Below are positions 39,876-50,869 of a DNA stretch of 64,000 nt, in pieces; within the stretch, counting starts at the first letter, position 1; each line of letters begins with the position of its first letter. Source of the DNA: Sedimentisphaerales bacterium (GTDB lineage Bacteria; Planctomycetota; Phycisphaerae; Sedimentisphaerales; Anaerobacaceae); contig OY970194.1 in NCBI GenBank assembly GCA_963708075.1, forward strand, positions 6,208,001 through 6,272,000, read 5' to 3'. Position numbers and translations under genes: made by a program. Under the pieces are notes generated by a model. The model did not search any database. It was given only the letters and a program-made list of their open reading frames with translations, and was not told the DNA's origin.

Positions 39876-41435
39876 ATGAAGACGGGTGACTGGGTTTCGG
39901 GCTGTGCATGTTGCGGGATGAGCCGTCGGCGGTTCCTGGCGGGCTGCGGCGCTTGTGTCGGTGCGGCGGGACTTTTGACCGTTCCCTCGCAGGTCGCCAC
40001 GGCCGGCACCGGCAAGGTGCGGATTCGGATTGTCTACTCGTTGCATGCGGTCAAGCAGCCGGGACCCGATTGGCCGAATGTCGGGTTCGATTTCGCCCCC
40101 GTGATGGATCGCATCAATAAGGAGTTGGCAAAGCGCCGCCCGGGATTCGAGTTCGTCTCGTCCATGGCCGCCGGACCCGAGCAGGCCAAGAAGATCCTCG
40201 ACGAGGACAAGACCGCCGGCATCGACGGCTATCTGGTCTATCAAATGAACGCGTGGAACCAGGTCGTGCAGACGATCGCGACGTCGGGCAAGCCGGTGCT
40301 GTATGCCGATTTCCAGTACGGCGGCAGCGGCGGGTTCCTCGTGTACACGGCCGGCTTCCTTCGCGGCAACGCTCCGAACGTTGGTTTCGTCTCGTCCTCG
40401 CGGATCGAGGACCTGGCCGAGGCGGTCAAGTGCTTCGACGTGGTGAAGAAGGCCGGCTCTATGGCCAACTTCGTCGCGGCCACCGCGAAAGCACGCACGA
40501 GCCAGACGCCCAAGCCTGGCGATATGCAATGCCTGCCCGATCCTCTGACGACGATCTCACCCGATGAGTGCATCCGCAAGATGAAAGCATCGAAAATCCT
40601 GGCCGTGCGCGGCCAGGAATCCGGGTCCGCCGACGCTATCATGGGCATTCCCATCGAGCTGGTGCCTTATGCAGAGGTCAACGATGCGTGGAAAGCGGCG
40701 GACAAAGCGCAGTCCGCGGCCGTCGCCGACCGATGGCAGAAGAACGCCACCGAGGTCATCGGCGTCTCCCGCGAGACACTCGAAACCTCTGCGGCCATGT
40801 ACCTGGGCATGAAGGACGTCCTGAAGAAGCACAACGCCAATGCGATCACGATGAACTGCCTGGGCGGCTTCTACGGCGGGCACATCCACGCCTACCCGTG
40901 TCTCGGCTTCCACGAGTTGAATAACGAGAGCCTGGTCGGGGCGTGCGAGTGCGACACGCGCTCGACGGCCGCGATGCTCATGATCAACATCTTGACGCAG
41001 GGCCGGCCCAGCTTCATCTCCGACCCCGTCATCGACACCGCCAAGCGCCAGATCATTTACGCCCATTGCGTCGCCCCGAACAAGATGTTCGGTTCGCAAG
41101 GCAAGACCAACCCCTTCACGATCCTGACCCATTCTGAGGACCGCCAGGGCGCCTCCATCCGCTCCGTCCTGCCCGTGGGTTACATGACCACTACGCTCGA
41201 GGTGGACCAGGGCTACAAGGAGATCCTGTTCCACCAGGGCAAGGCGGTCGCCAACGACCCCGACGATCGTGCCTGTCGGACAAAACTCGGGGCCGAGCCG
41301 GTCGGCGACATCGAGAAGCTTTTCACGATGTGGGACCGGTGGGGCTGGCACCGCGTCACCGCCTATGGCGACCTGAAGAAGCCGGTTTTCGCCCTGGCCG
41401 ACGCCATGGGCTGGAAGGTGATCGAGGAGGCATAG
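39876..41435 (+). CDS. Tat-exported protein with an L-fucose/L-arabinose isomerase-like fold
   Basis: SRRRFL; AITMNCL...YPCLGF...GACECD, FISDP, YAHC, CRTK, GWHRV. Confidence 0.72.
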   Translation: MKTGDWVSGCACCGMSRRRFLAGCGACVGAAGLLTVPSQVATAGTGKVRIRIVYSLHAVKQPGPDWPNVGFDFAPVMDRINKELAKRRPGFEFVSSMAAGPEQAKKILDEDKTAGIDGYLVYQMNAWNQVVQTIATSGKPVLYADFQYGGSGGFLVYTAGFLRGNAPNVGFVSSSRIEDLAEAVKCFDVVKKAGSMANFVAATAKARTSQTPKPGDMQCLPDPLTTISPDECIRKMKASKILAVRGQESGSADAIMGIPIELVPYAEVNDAWKAADKAQSAAVADRWQKNATEVIGVSRETLETSAAMYLGMKDVLKKHNANAITMNCLGGFYGGHIHAYPCLGFHELNNESLVGACECDTRSTAAMLMINILTQGRPSFISDPVIDTAKRQIIYAHCVAPNKMFGSQGKTNPFTILTHSEDRQGASIRSVLPVGYMTTTLEVDQGYKEILFHQGKAVANDPDDRACRTKLGAEPVGDIEKLFTMWDRWGWHRVTAYGDLKKPVFALADAMGWKVIEEA

Positions 41436-41717
41436 GCAGATCGTTTCGTTCGGCTTTGAATCCAGCGGGCCTGCGCGTGCCGTCGCCATGCAGGCGCATG
41501 GCCCGTTGTTCACAAGAATCGGTACATCGGAGGCCTGCCAATCCAGCCGCAAAAGCAGCATTTTGGGCGAACAAAGGTAGCTCGCAAGCCGTGATATACG
41601 TGGTAATCGGTCTTACGCCTGGTGTCCAAGATGATAGGAGTGCGTCGCGCGAGCACGAGCATACCGCCGTGTTGAGTGATATTCTCCGCACCGTTGGAGC
41701 TTGCCCATAGGATACGC

Positions 41718-44209
41718 ATGAGAAACATTTCCAAACGCAGTCCGGAAGAGCTGACCCGGGAGACGATGCGAGGCGTGGCACTGCTTCCGGGGTGGTTTCG
41801 CCGCCTGGGATATTATGGGTTGGCCCTGCTCTTCGTTGCAGCCGCGGCGACTCTGCGATGGGCGCTGCCGGACGTCCTGGGTCCGACGCCGTTTCTGGCG
41901 TTCTATCTGGCGTGGGTGGGCGCCGCCGCGTTCGGCGGGCTGGGGCCGGGACTGCTGGCGGTGGTGGCCTCATGGCTGTGCATTGACCTTCTATTCGACC
42001 CTACTGCAAGTCTGATCAATTTCGGCGACCCGACTACCCTGGGCAGGCTGGTCGTTCTCCTGGCCGGCGGACTGGCCGTCAGTGTTGTTGCGGAGAGGAT
42101 GCGGCGGGGGCGAATCCACGAGCGCAAGCAGAGTCGGGAACTCGCCCAAGCCAAGCAGGAGTGGGAGCGGACCTTTGACGCCGTTCCGGACCTCATCGCC
42201 ATTATCGACCCACAACACCGGATCCTGCGGGCCAACCGCACGATGGCCGAGCACCTGGGTGTCAACCCCGAAGGGTGCATGGGATTGACGTGCTACCAAT
42301 GTGTTCACAACCTCGATACACCACTGGCCCTCTGCCCGCACGACCAGAGCCTCGCCGACGGCCGCGAGCATAGCGTTGAGATCTATGAGGAGCGGCTCGG
42401 CGGCTACTTCCTGGTCACCTGCACCCCACTCCGCGACCGGTACGGACGTACGATCGGCACCGTCCATGTCGCCCGCGACATCACGGAGCGAAGACAAGCC
42501 GAGCAAGTCCTGCGCGATAGCGAGGAGCGGTTCCGCGCCGCCTATGAGCAGGCGGCTATCGGAATCGAAATGCAGGACCTCGAAGGGCGCCTGTTGCGCG
42601 GCAATGGCTGGCTTGGCCGGATGCTCGGCTATGACGAAGAAGAACTGCGGCAACGTACCTTCGCCGAGATCACCCACCCCGATGATCTGCGGGAGGAGCT
42701 GCCGCTGTTTCACAGGCTTCTGGCCGGAGAGATTCCCAGCTATAGTCTCGAGAAACGATATCTTCACAAAGACGGTCATCCCGTATGGGTGCGCCTCACC
42801 TCCTCACTCGCGCCACATCCAATCCCTATCGCATCTCCATCATCGAGGACATCACCGAGCGCAAGCAGGCGGAGAAGGCGATGCGGGAGGCGAACGAACG
42901 TCTCCAGGAGCAGGCGGAGGAACTACAGACCCAGGCCGAAGAACTGCAGGCGCAGGCGGAGGAGTTGATGACCGCCAATGAAGAGCTGCGCGAAGCGGAG
43001 CAGGCCTTGCGAGAGTTGAACATGACGCTGGAGAGCAAGGTCGTCCAGCGTACGGCGGAACTGGAGCATCGGGCGAGACAGCTTCAGAAACTTACGATGG
43101 AGGTGTCGCAGGCGGAGGACCGCGAGCGCAAGCGCCTTGCGGAAATCCTGCACGATGATCTGCAGCAAGTGCTGGCGGCGGCGAAGTTCCATCTGGGTCT
43201 TCTGAAGAACCGGGCCAAGTCTGATTCCTCGCTGCAGGCCACCGTCGCTCAAATCGATCATATGCTCAAAGATGCCATCGATGAATCCCGCAGCCTGTCC
43301 CACGAGCTCAGCCCGGCTGTGCTGCATCACGGCGATTTCGCCGAGATCTTCGGATGGCTGGCCGGCCAGGTGCAAACCAAGCACGGCCTGGTGGTGCACG
43401 TGGATGCGCACGGCCAGGTCGGCTCGGAATCGGATGCGCTCAAAACGTTCCTGTACAAGGCGGCCCAGGAACTGCTGTTCAACGTCGTCAAGCACGCCCG
43501 GGTCAATGAGGCCAGAATCCGGGTCCGGCGATTGGGCCGGTGGATTTGCCTGTCGGTCTCCGACCATGGGCGGGGCTTTGATCCGCAGCGGCTCAAGGAA
43601 GCGGCCGGTTTCGGCCTGCTGAGCATTCGCGAGCGTGTGGAGCTGCTCGGCGGCCGCATGAAGATCAAGAGCCGCAAAGACAAAGGAACCAGGTTCCTCA
43701 TCATGGTGCCTGATGGCGAGTTGGTTGCCGCGGTCCCGTCGTGGCGAGAGCGTCCCGCCCTTGCGCCGCAAGGCCACGACGAGGCCGGAACGACGAGGGA
43801 CGAGCGGCGGGAGAGCACCGCCCTCCAGACCCCAGGCCGCGCCCTGCGTGTCCTCCTGGCGGACGATCACGAGATTGTGCGGGAGGGTCTGATCTCCCTG
43901 CTCGGCGAAGAGTGCATGATCGAGGTCGTGGGTGAGGCGGCTAACGGCCGTGAGGCGATCAATCTCGCCAGCAAGCTTCAGCCCGATGTGATCATCATGG
44001 ATGTGTCCATGCCGTTGATCGATGGCGACGAGGCCACACGCCAGATCAAAAGGCTTCTGCCGAGTACGCGTGTAGTCGCGCTTTCCATGTTTGAGGACGC
44101 CGAGACCATCGAGAGGATGCATGCGGCCGGCGCCGAGGCCTACGTCCTCAAGACCGCGCCCACGGAAGACCTCCTCGCCGCCATCCGCGGCAAAGCGTCA
44201 GATTCATAG
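41718..44209 (+). CDS. Hybrid sensor histidine kinase (DUF4118 TM, two PAS, HisKA_3, HATPase, REC), frameshift near 42810
   Basis: EWERTFDAVPD, HVARDITER, THPDD, ERKRLAEILHDDLQQ, NVVKHA, DHGRGFD, GFGL, VLLADDH...MDVSMP. Confidence 0.9.
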
Positions 44210-44317
44210 ACCCCGCGCCCTTCTGTCGCCCCAGCGTGGCATCTCCTCTTGACCTGATCTCTGCACCTCTGTAGGGTGGTTGCGGCCGATTCGATTGCCC
44301 TTATTGGAGGTCTGGAG

Positions 44318-46165
44318 ATGAACGTCCAGCGAACGCAACAGCGCGAGAGTGGGAGGAATCTCTTAGCCTGGTTCAACGGAGTGGTGACTACCGCGCTGCT
44401 GCCGTTGGCCGCCCTGCTGGGGACAGAGGCGGGAGCGGCAGATGTGCTCCAGCCGGCCTCGCCGCCGATCCGGATGGCCACGAGTCTGTGGGGGCCGTGG
44501 CAGGCAACGCTCGATCCCCAGGACATGGGCGAACGGGAGGGATACTTCAAGCCGGACTTCACGGCACAGGGCTGGAAGGATGTCAATGTCCCCGCCAGCT
44601 TCGCGAATGTCGCCCCCGAGATTGACCGCTATGAGGGTGTCGGCTGGTTCCGCAAATCGTTCCGTCTGCAAACCCCGTGGAAAGGCCGGCGCGTTGTCCT
44701 GGCGTTCAAGGGTGTCAATAATCACGCGAAAGTCTGGCTCAACGGAACCCTTGTAGGCGAAAACCCGGATGCATTCCTGCCGTTCGAAGTCCCGATCGAC
44801 GGCGTCCTGCGGTTCGACGGAGAGAACGTGCTGGCGATTCGTGTGGACAACACGCGCCGGCGCGACGAGATTCCCGGCGGACGCCAGGGCTGGCACCCTT
44901 ATGGCGGCATTCTCCGCGAGGTCGAGCTGCTGGCGACCAACCCGTTCCGCGTGGACCGCGTGGGTGTCTGCGGCGTGCCGCAGGGCGACGGCGGCCGGTT
45001 CACGCTCTGGGCGAAGGTTGTCAATGGCCGGGACAAACCCGCCGACGGCCGACTCAGAATCCACTGGCCGACGCCCGGCATCGGGATGGACCAATACGTG
45101 GATACAGGCGTGCTGGAGCCGGGGCAGGAGAAGACCCTGGAGGCCTCCGGGACGATTCCACGAATCCAGGTGTGGTCGCCCGAGCAGCCCAAATGCTATG
45201 GCATCGAGGTAGACCTCATGTCGGGCGAGCAGACGATTGATTCGCAGGGCGCCCTGTTTGGCTTTCGAGAAATTGAGGCCCGCGGCGAGATGCTGTACCT
45301 CAACGGCAAGCCGATCTTTCTGACCGGCTTCAATCGCCACGAGGACTCGCCCAGGACGGATATGTGTCCCGATCCCGAGCTGACACGGAAAGAGCTGATG
45401 CAGATGAAGGAGATGGGCTGCAACTTCATCCGCCTTTGTCACTATCCCCAGCATCCATGGACGCTCCACCTGTGCGATGAGATCGGGTTGCTGGCGATGT
45501 GCGAGATTCCGCTCTACATGTGGCCGGGCTTGCAGGAGGGGCTGGAGAACTACCGCGGCACCGTGGAGTCCGCCAGGCGGCAACTTGCGAAGATGGTCGA
45601 GTGCTACTACAACCACCCGTCGGTCATCTTCTGGTCGGTCAGCAACGAGATCCACACACAGCACCCGGAGGTACGCGGCACGAACGTCATGCTCATCCAG
45701 CAGGCCAAGCGGCTCGACCCGACGCGCCTGGCGGTGCACGTCTCCGACCACTGGCAGCAGGGGGACCCCCGCGCCGACAGCTTCGGCGAGGACGACGTCA
45801 TCTGTCTCAACGGTTACCCCCACCTCAAAGAAGGACCCGCCTGGTGGACCCGGCGATTGGAGGAACTGCATCGGGAGTATCCGGGCAAGCCGATCCTCAT
45901 TAGTGAGTTCGGAGGCGAAGCGGACCGTGAGATGGAACTGCAGATCGGCCGGCTCAAGGCAGGCTTCGAGGGGACCACCGCACCGTACGTCTGCGGGACC
46001 ACAATCTGGTGCTGGGCCGACCACCCGTGGGACAAGACCTGGCTCGAGCCGCCCCTGAGCCCCTATGGCGTATTCTCCCGCGACCGCCAGCCCCGCGCCT
46101 CCGTGGAAGTCGCCAAACAAGGCTTCCTCGACCGCCAGCGTCAATTCCAGTCACGGGTCAAGTGA
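44318..46165 (+). CDS. Glycoside hydrolase family 2 (beta-glucuronidase/beta-galactosidase-like)
   Basis: YGGILREV, FGFREI, GFNRHED, NFIRLCHYP, CDEIGLL, NHPSVIFWSVSNE, PILISEFG. Confidence 0.93.
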   Translation: MNVQRTQQRESGRNLLAWFNGVVTTALLPLAALLGTEAGAADVLQPASPPIRMATSLWGPWQATLDPQDMGEREGYFKPDFTAQGWKDVNVPASFANVAPEIDRYEGVGWFRKSFRLQTPWKGRRVVLAFKGVNNHAKVWLNGTLVGENPDAFLPFEVPIDGVLRFDGENVLAIRVDNTRRRDEIPGGRQGWHPYGGILREVELLATNPFRVDRVGVCGVPQGDGGRFTLWAKVVNGRDKPADGRLRIHWPTPGIGMDQYVDTGVLEPGQEKTLEASGTIPRIQVWSPEQPKCYGIEVDLMSGEQTIDSQGALFGFREIEARGEMLYLNGKPIFLTGFNRHEDSPRTDMCPDPELTRKELMQMKEMGCNFIRLCHYPQHPWTLHLCDEIGLLAMCEIPLYMWPGLQEGLENYRGTVESARRQLAKMVECYYNHPSVIFWSVSNEIHTQHPEVRGTNVMLIQQAKRLDPTRLAVHVSDHWQQGDPRADSFGEDDVICLNGYPHLKEGPAWWTRRLEELHREYPGKPILISEFGGEADREMELQIGRLKAGFEGTTAPYVCGTTIWCWADHPWDKTWLEPPLSPYGVFSRDRQPRASVEVAKQGFLDRQRQFQSRVK

Positions 46166-46582
46166 CGTTGATGAGTTTCTCAAACGGCCCGGTGTTGTCC
46201 AGAGGTTCAGTGCACGGGGCGGTGAACCCGGAGTCCGCACTGCCGAGGATTCGCCACTGGTGGTACCGGCGAAGTTGCTGGCCGCGCTTCTGGACCCGCT
46301 GAAGAGTCCTGAAAAGCCGGCATTGGTGGCTTCGACAGTCGGTTCTGCGCCACCGGCTCCGGCTGTCCGGCCTGCGGCTCCTTCGGTGCGGCTCAGGCTG
46401 TGCGTGACGAGTTGACGATCAACCGGCGAAAGCTCAATATCTTCCACCAGCCTGGGGCGACATGGTACACGAGCGTCTATCTCCGGTGGGCCTGTTCGCG
46501 GCTATCATCGTCGCGTTGATTCTTGTATTTTCAGGGTGGGTCTGGTAGGGTTGAAAGGGTTTACTGTCACAGGAGATCAGTT

Positions 46583-47849
46583 ATGACTATCTCGAATTCT
46601 GCGGGTTCCAAACGGAGCATTCCGTCCGGCGGCTGGTCGCGGCGGGAGTTCCTTAAGTGTGGGGCGGCGATGGCGGGGGCTGCGATGCCGCTGTATTCGA
46701 CTCTGGCCGCCAATACCGCGCCGAAGAAGGTGCGGATCGGCGTCGTCGGCGGCGGGTTCGGCACGAGCTTCCAGTGGCATGAGCATCCGGACTGTACCGT
46801 CGAGGCGGTCAGCGATCTGCGGCCGGAACGTCGCAGCGGACTGATGCGCACCTACAAATGCGAGAAGTCGTACAACTCGCTGGAAGAGCTGGTGCTGGAC
46901 AAGAATATCGATGCGGTGGCGATCTTCACGGAAGGGCCGAACCACGTTACGCACGTGGTCGAGGTGATGAAACACGGCAAGCACGCCATCTCCGCCGTGC
47001 CCGCCTGCCTGGGCGGCGGCGTCGAGGAGGCGCAACTGCTGCTCGACACCGTCAAAAAGTACGGCCTGACCTACATGATGGCCGAGACCAGCTACTACCA
47101 GCAGCCGACGATCTCCGTCCGCAAGTTCCACGAGCAGGGCAAGTTCGGCGAGATCTACTATTGCGAGGCGGAGTACCAGCACCCCGGGTTGGAGTCGCTC
47201 TACTTTGAGAACGGCAAGCGGACCTGGCGTTACGGCCTGGCCCCCATGCATTATCCGACGCATTGCACCGCTTTCCTCGTCGGCATCACCGGCGAGCGGC
47301 TGACCGGCGTGGCCTGTTGCGGGTGGGGCGACGACAGCCCCATCTGCAAGGACAACGTGTACAAGAACCCGTTCTGGAACGAGTCGGCGATGTTCAAGAC
47401 CAATCGCGGCCATGCGTTCCGCGTCAACGTGTGGTGGAAGGGGGCGCATCGCGGGACCGAGCGGGCCCAGTGGATCGGCAACAAGATGAGCTTCTATGCC
47501 GACCACCCGAACGGCCTGGGGCCCGTGATTGTTCGCTCCGCCGAGGGACGCAAGGAGAAGGACGATGCGGGCTTCGTGCGCGATCTGCCTGAGTTGGAGA
47601 AATACCAGCAGCCGGCGTGGTGGAAGACCGATATGTTGCCCGAGCCCCTGCGGCACGACACCGGGCATTACGGCTCACACTCGTTCCTGACTCATGAGTT
47701 CATCAGCGCCCTGACGCAGGGCCGCCGGCCGACCGTCGATGTCTACGAGGCCTTGGCGTACACCGTGCCGGGGATCATCGCCCACGAGTCCTGCGCTTCG
47801 CGACTGCGAGCCCATGATGGTGCCGCAATTTGACAGGCCACAGGCCTGA
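46583..47849 (+). CDS. Tat-exported Gfo/Idh/MocA oxidoreductase; C-terminal frameshift near 47790
   Basis: SRREFLK, IGVVGGGFG, YMMAETS, YPTH, GHYGSH; ending ESALRDCEPMMVPQFD in the shifted frame. Confidence 0.88.
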
Positions 47850-47871
47850 GTGTCTGCACAGGAGTTCAGGT

Positions 47872-48900
47872 ATGATGATAAAGCATTTCGTTTTTGTGCT
47901 TGGCCTGCTCGCCGCTTCCGTCACGTGGGGTGCGCAGGATGAGAAAGTGGCCCAGCTCGCAAAGGAGGTGGGTAACAAGGGGTGGATCGTCTATGCGGCC
48001 CGCGATGCCAACAGCCCGTGGGACCTGTTCCTCATGCGGCCGGACGGCTCGCAGCGGCGAAACATCACGAACACGCCGGACTTCGAGGAGGGCGGCCCGC
48101 TATTCTCGCATGATGGCAAGAAGCTGCTTTACCGCCGCTTCGCCAAGGGCACCGAGATCAACCACGACCTCTGGGGCTTCCAGGGCAACTTGATGATCGC
48201 CGGCAGTGACGGCTCGAATGCCGTCCAGATTGGCGGAGATAGGGAATATCCCTGGGCGTCATGGTCGCCGGATGGCAGGCAGGTCGCGTGCCTGACCATC
48301 GCGGGGATACAGATCGTCGATCTGGAGACGAAGAAGATTATCCGGGAGCTGCCGCGAAGAGGCATCTATCAGCAGCTTTACTGGTCGCCGGACGGCAAGT
48401 GGTTCTGCGGCGTGGCCAACACCAGCATGATGTGGACGATTGTCCGCATGAATGCGGAGACGGGCGAGATGAATATCGTGCACGAGTTCCAAAGCTGTAC
48501 GCCCGACTGGTTCCCGGATTCCAATCGCGTCATTTACCCGTCCCGGCCGGCCGGCCAGCCGGGCAATAACGGCTGGGGCTTCACGCAGCTCTGGTACAGC
48601 GACGGCGAGGGCAAAGAAGCCAGGATGATCTACGGCGAAGACGATTATCACATCTATGGTGGCGCGCTGTCCCCGGACGGCAAGTATGTGCTCTTCACCC
48701 GCTGCCCCCAGGATGGCGGCGGCTCGGAGAAATCGGGAGCGCCAATCTGCATTCTGCGGATGGACGACGCCCCGGCGGTGGCCGGGCCGAGCGTGGAGCT
48801 GCGAAAGGTGCATCCGGAGGCGAAGGAGGCCCCGGTGCTGCAACTCGTCGATGGTTGGGAACCCTGCTGGACTTATGCTGAGGTTGGAGTGCAGAAATGA
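47872..48900 (+). CDS. TolB-like (PD40) beta-propeller exported protein
   Basis: Repeated WSPDG/FSHDG/LSPDG motifs; signal peptide. Confidence 0.85.
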   Translation: MMIKHFVFVLGLLAASVTWGAQDEKVAQLAKEVGNKGWIVYAARDANSPWDLFLMRPDGSQRRNITNTPDFEEGGPLFSHDGKKLLYRRFAKGTEINHDLWGFQGNLMIAGSDGSNAVQIGGDREYPWASWSPDGRQVACLTIAGIQIVDLETKKIIRELPRRGIYQQLYWSPDGKWFCGVANTSMMWTIVRMNAETGEMNIVHEFQSCTPDWFPDSNRVIYPSRPAGQPGNNGWGFTQLWYSDGEGKEARMIYGEDDYHIYGGALSPDGKYVLFTRCPQDGGGSEKSGAPICILRMDDAPAVAGPSVELRKVHPEAKEAPVLQLVDGWEPCWTYAEVGVQK

Positions 48901-49355
48901 GAATACTGGCCTTATTTGTCTTTCTACCTGTGTTGTTCAGTGTCTCCTGTGCGAAGAAGGTGGAGACAGGCGAAGACCCGAAGGTCACGACGCTCGGCAG
49001 TATCGAAGTGACGGCCCGACTGGAAGAGATTCGAGGCGAGCTGCGCAACGACCCCCTGTACGACTACGCCCACGTGATGAAGTACACGCTACTTGAGGTG
49101 CACCGCGGCGAGGTCAACAAGGAGACCATGTATATCGGCCACTACAACCCCGCCAAGCCGCGGGACAAGGTCGCCGACGCCCGCGTCCAGGAGATCGGCG
49201 GCAACGTGAAGCAGTTCCGCGTCGGCGACATCCATCGCATGGCTCTGGAGGTCCCGATCGACGACCATTTCATGGGCGGGATCATCAACAAGTATTTTGG
49301 CGAGGTCAATGAGCCGGTCTACTGGGCTATCTGGACCAATCGGGTCGTGAAGTAG
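48897..49355 (+). CDS. Putative lipoprotein
   Basis: SVSC lipobox-like motif; ATGA coupling. Confidence 0.78.
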   Translation: MRILALFVFLPVLFSVSCAKKVETGEDPKVTTLGSIEVTARLEEIRGELRNDPLYDYAHVMKYTLLEVHRGEVNKETMYIGHYNPAKPRDKVADARVQEIGGNVKQFRVGDIHRMALEVPIDDHFMGGIINKYFGEVNEPVYWAIWTNRVVK

Positions 49356-49358
49356 CCC

Positions 49359-50858
49359 ATGGCGTTCACCTCGCACATATTCCTCTTCTACTTTCTGCCG
49401 GTCCTGCTGGTGCTCTATTACGTTCTGCCGGGGCGGTTTCCCCTCGTCCGCAACGTCCTTTTGCTGGCGGCAAGCTACGTGTTCTACGCGTGGCTGGACC
49501 CGCGATTCGCCGCGCTGCTTTTCGCCATGACGGTGATCAACTACGCGCTGTCTCGCTGGATTGGAGTTTGTAGGGTGGGTTCTCAACCCACGCGTTATCT
49601 TTCGATGGGTCTTTACGCGTGGGTCAAGGACCCACCCTACATGCTGCGGCTGCTTCTGACCGTCCTGGCTGTGGCCATTGACCTGGCCGTGCTGGGGTTC
49701 TTCAAGTACACCATCTTTGTCGAGAACAATCTCAACAGCCTGTTGCTGCTCGTCGGCCGTGACGTGCTGCCCGTGCTGAAAGTGGTTCTGCCGGTCGGGA
49801 TCTCGTTCTACACATTCAAGCTCATCAGCTACATCGTGGATGTGTATCGGGGCCAGTCACCGCCGGCCCGGTCCCTGCTGGATTTCGCCTGCTATGTCGC
49901 GTTCTTTCCGCAGCTTCTCTCGGGCCCGATTCAGCGGTACGGCACGATCGATCGCAAGTCCGAGCCCGTGCCTACTTTCGCGGATCAGCTTGCTGCCCGC
50001 GCGCACACGCTGGACAAATTCTCCTGGGGCGTGGCCTTGTTCATGCTGGGCTTCGCCAAGAAGATCCTTCTGGCGAATGCCGTGGCGCAGGTGGCGGACG
50101 CCGTCTTTGCCGCCGAATCGCCGGGCACACTCGATGCCTGGTTCGGCGCGCTGGCGTACTCGTTCCAGTTGTACTTCGATTTCTCCGCTTATTCAGAGAT
50201 GGCCATCGGGCTTGGGCTGATGCTGGGATTCGAGTGTCCTCGCAATTTCGACGCCCCATACCGGGCCGCCGGCTTCGGCGATTTCTGGCGGCGGTGGCAC
50301 ATCTCCCTGTCGAGCTGGCTGCGCGATTACCTCTACATCCCGCTGGGCGGCAGTCATTATGGTTCGGGGTGGACCTACGCCAATCTGATGATCGTGTTTC
50401 TACTGTGCGGCTTGTGGCATGGGGCCGGTTGGACGTTCATCGTCTGGGGCGCGTGGCACGGCCTGTGGCTGGTCGTCGAGCGAGCCCTCGGCAGAAGACC
50501 GCTCTACGTCGCTTTCCCCTCGTGGATCCAGGTGCTGCTGACCTTCCTTCTGGTCACCATCGGCTGGGTCGTCTTCCGCGCGGAGACCCTTGCACAAGCT
50601 TGGAGAATGCTCGCGACGATGTTCACGCTTGCCTCGCCGCAGGGCGGCTCGACGCTGCTCAGCGCCGTGATCTACACCCGCGGCCACCTGATCCTCATGG
50701 CCCTGTGTGCCGTGCTCGTATTCCAGGGCGTACAGGGCTTCGACTGGACACGGAAACTGAGTTGGCCGAGAGCCCTTTTGCTGATCGTTCTGTTTGCCTT
50801 GGCATTGATGACCATGTTCGCGCAGTCGTTCCGATCGTTCCTGTACTTTCAGTTTTAG
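49359..50858 (+). CDS. MBOAT-family O-acyltransferase (AlgI/PatA-like)
   Basis: LPVGISFYTF, FFPQLLSGPI, YFDFSAYS, FWRRWHISLSSWLRDYLYIPLGG, GLWHGA. Confidence 0.95.
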   Translation: MAFTSHIFLFYFLPVLLVLYYVLPGRFPLVRNVLLLAASYVFYAWLDPRFAALLFAMTVINYALSRWIGVCRVGSQPTRYLSMGLYAWVKDPPYMLRLLLTVLAVAIDLAVLGFFKYTIFVENNLNSLLLLVGRDVLPVLKVVLPVGISFYTFKLISYIVDVYRGQSPPARSLLDFACYVAFFPQLLSGPIQRYGTIDRKSEPVPTFADQLAARAHTLDKFSWGVALFMLGFAKKILLANAVAQVADAVFAAESPGTLDAWFGALAYSFQLYFDFSAYSEMAIGLGLMLGFECPRNFDAPYRAAGFGDFWRRWHISLSSWLRDYLYIPLGGSHYGSGWTYANLMIVFLLCGLWHGAGWTFIVWGAWHGLWLVVERALGRRPLYVAFPSWIQVLLTFLLVTIGWVVFRAETLAQAWRMLATMFTLASPQGGSTLLSAVIYTRGHLILMALCAVLVFQGVQGFDWTRKLSWPRALLLIVLFALALMTMFAQSFRSFLYFQF

Positions 50859-50869
50859 GAGACACGCCG

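Noticed and set aside
50234..50869. N-terminal extension of the AlgJ-like ORF
   Set aside because: It overlaps the MBOAT gene out of frame; an RBS and GTG start exist at 50870.
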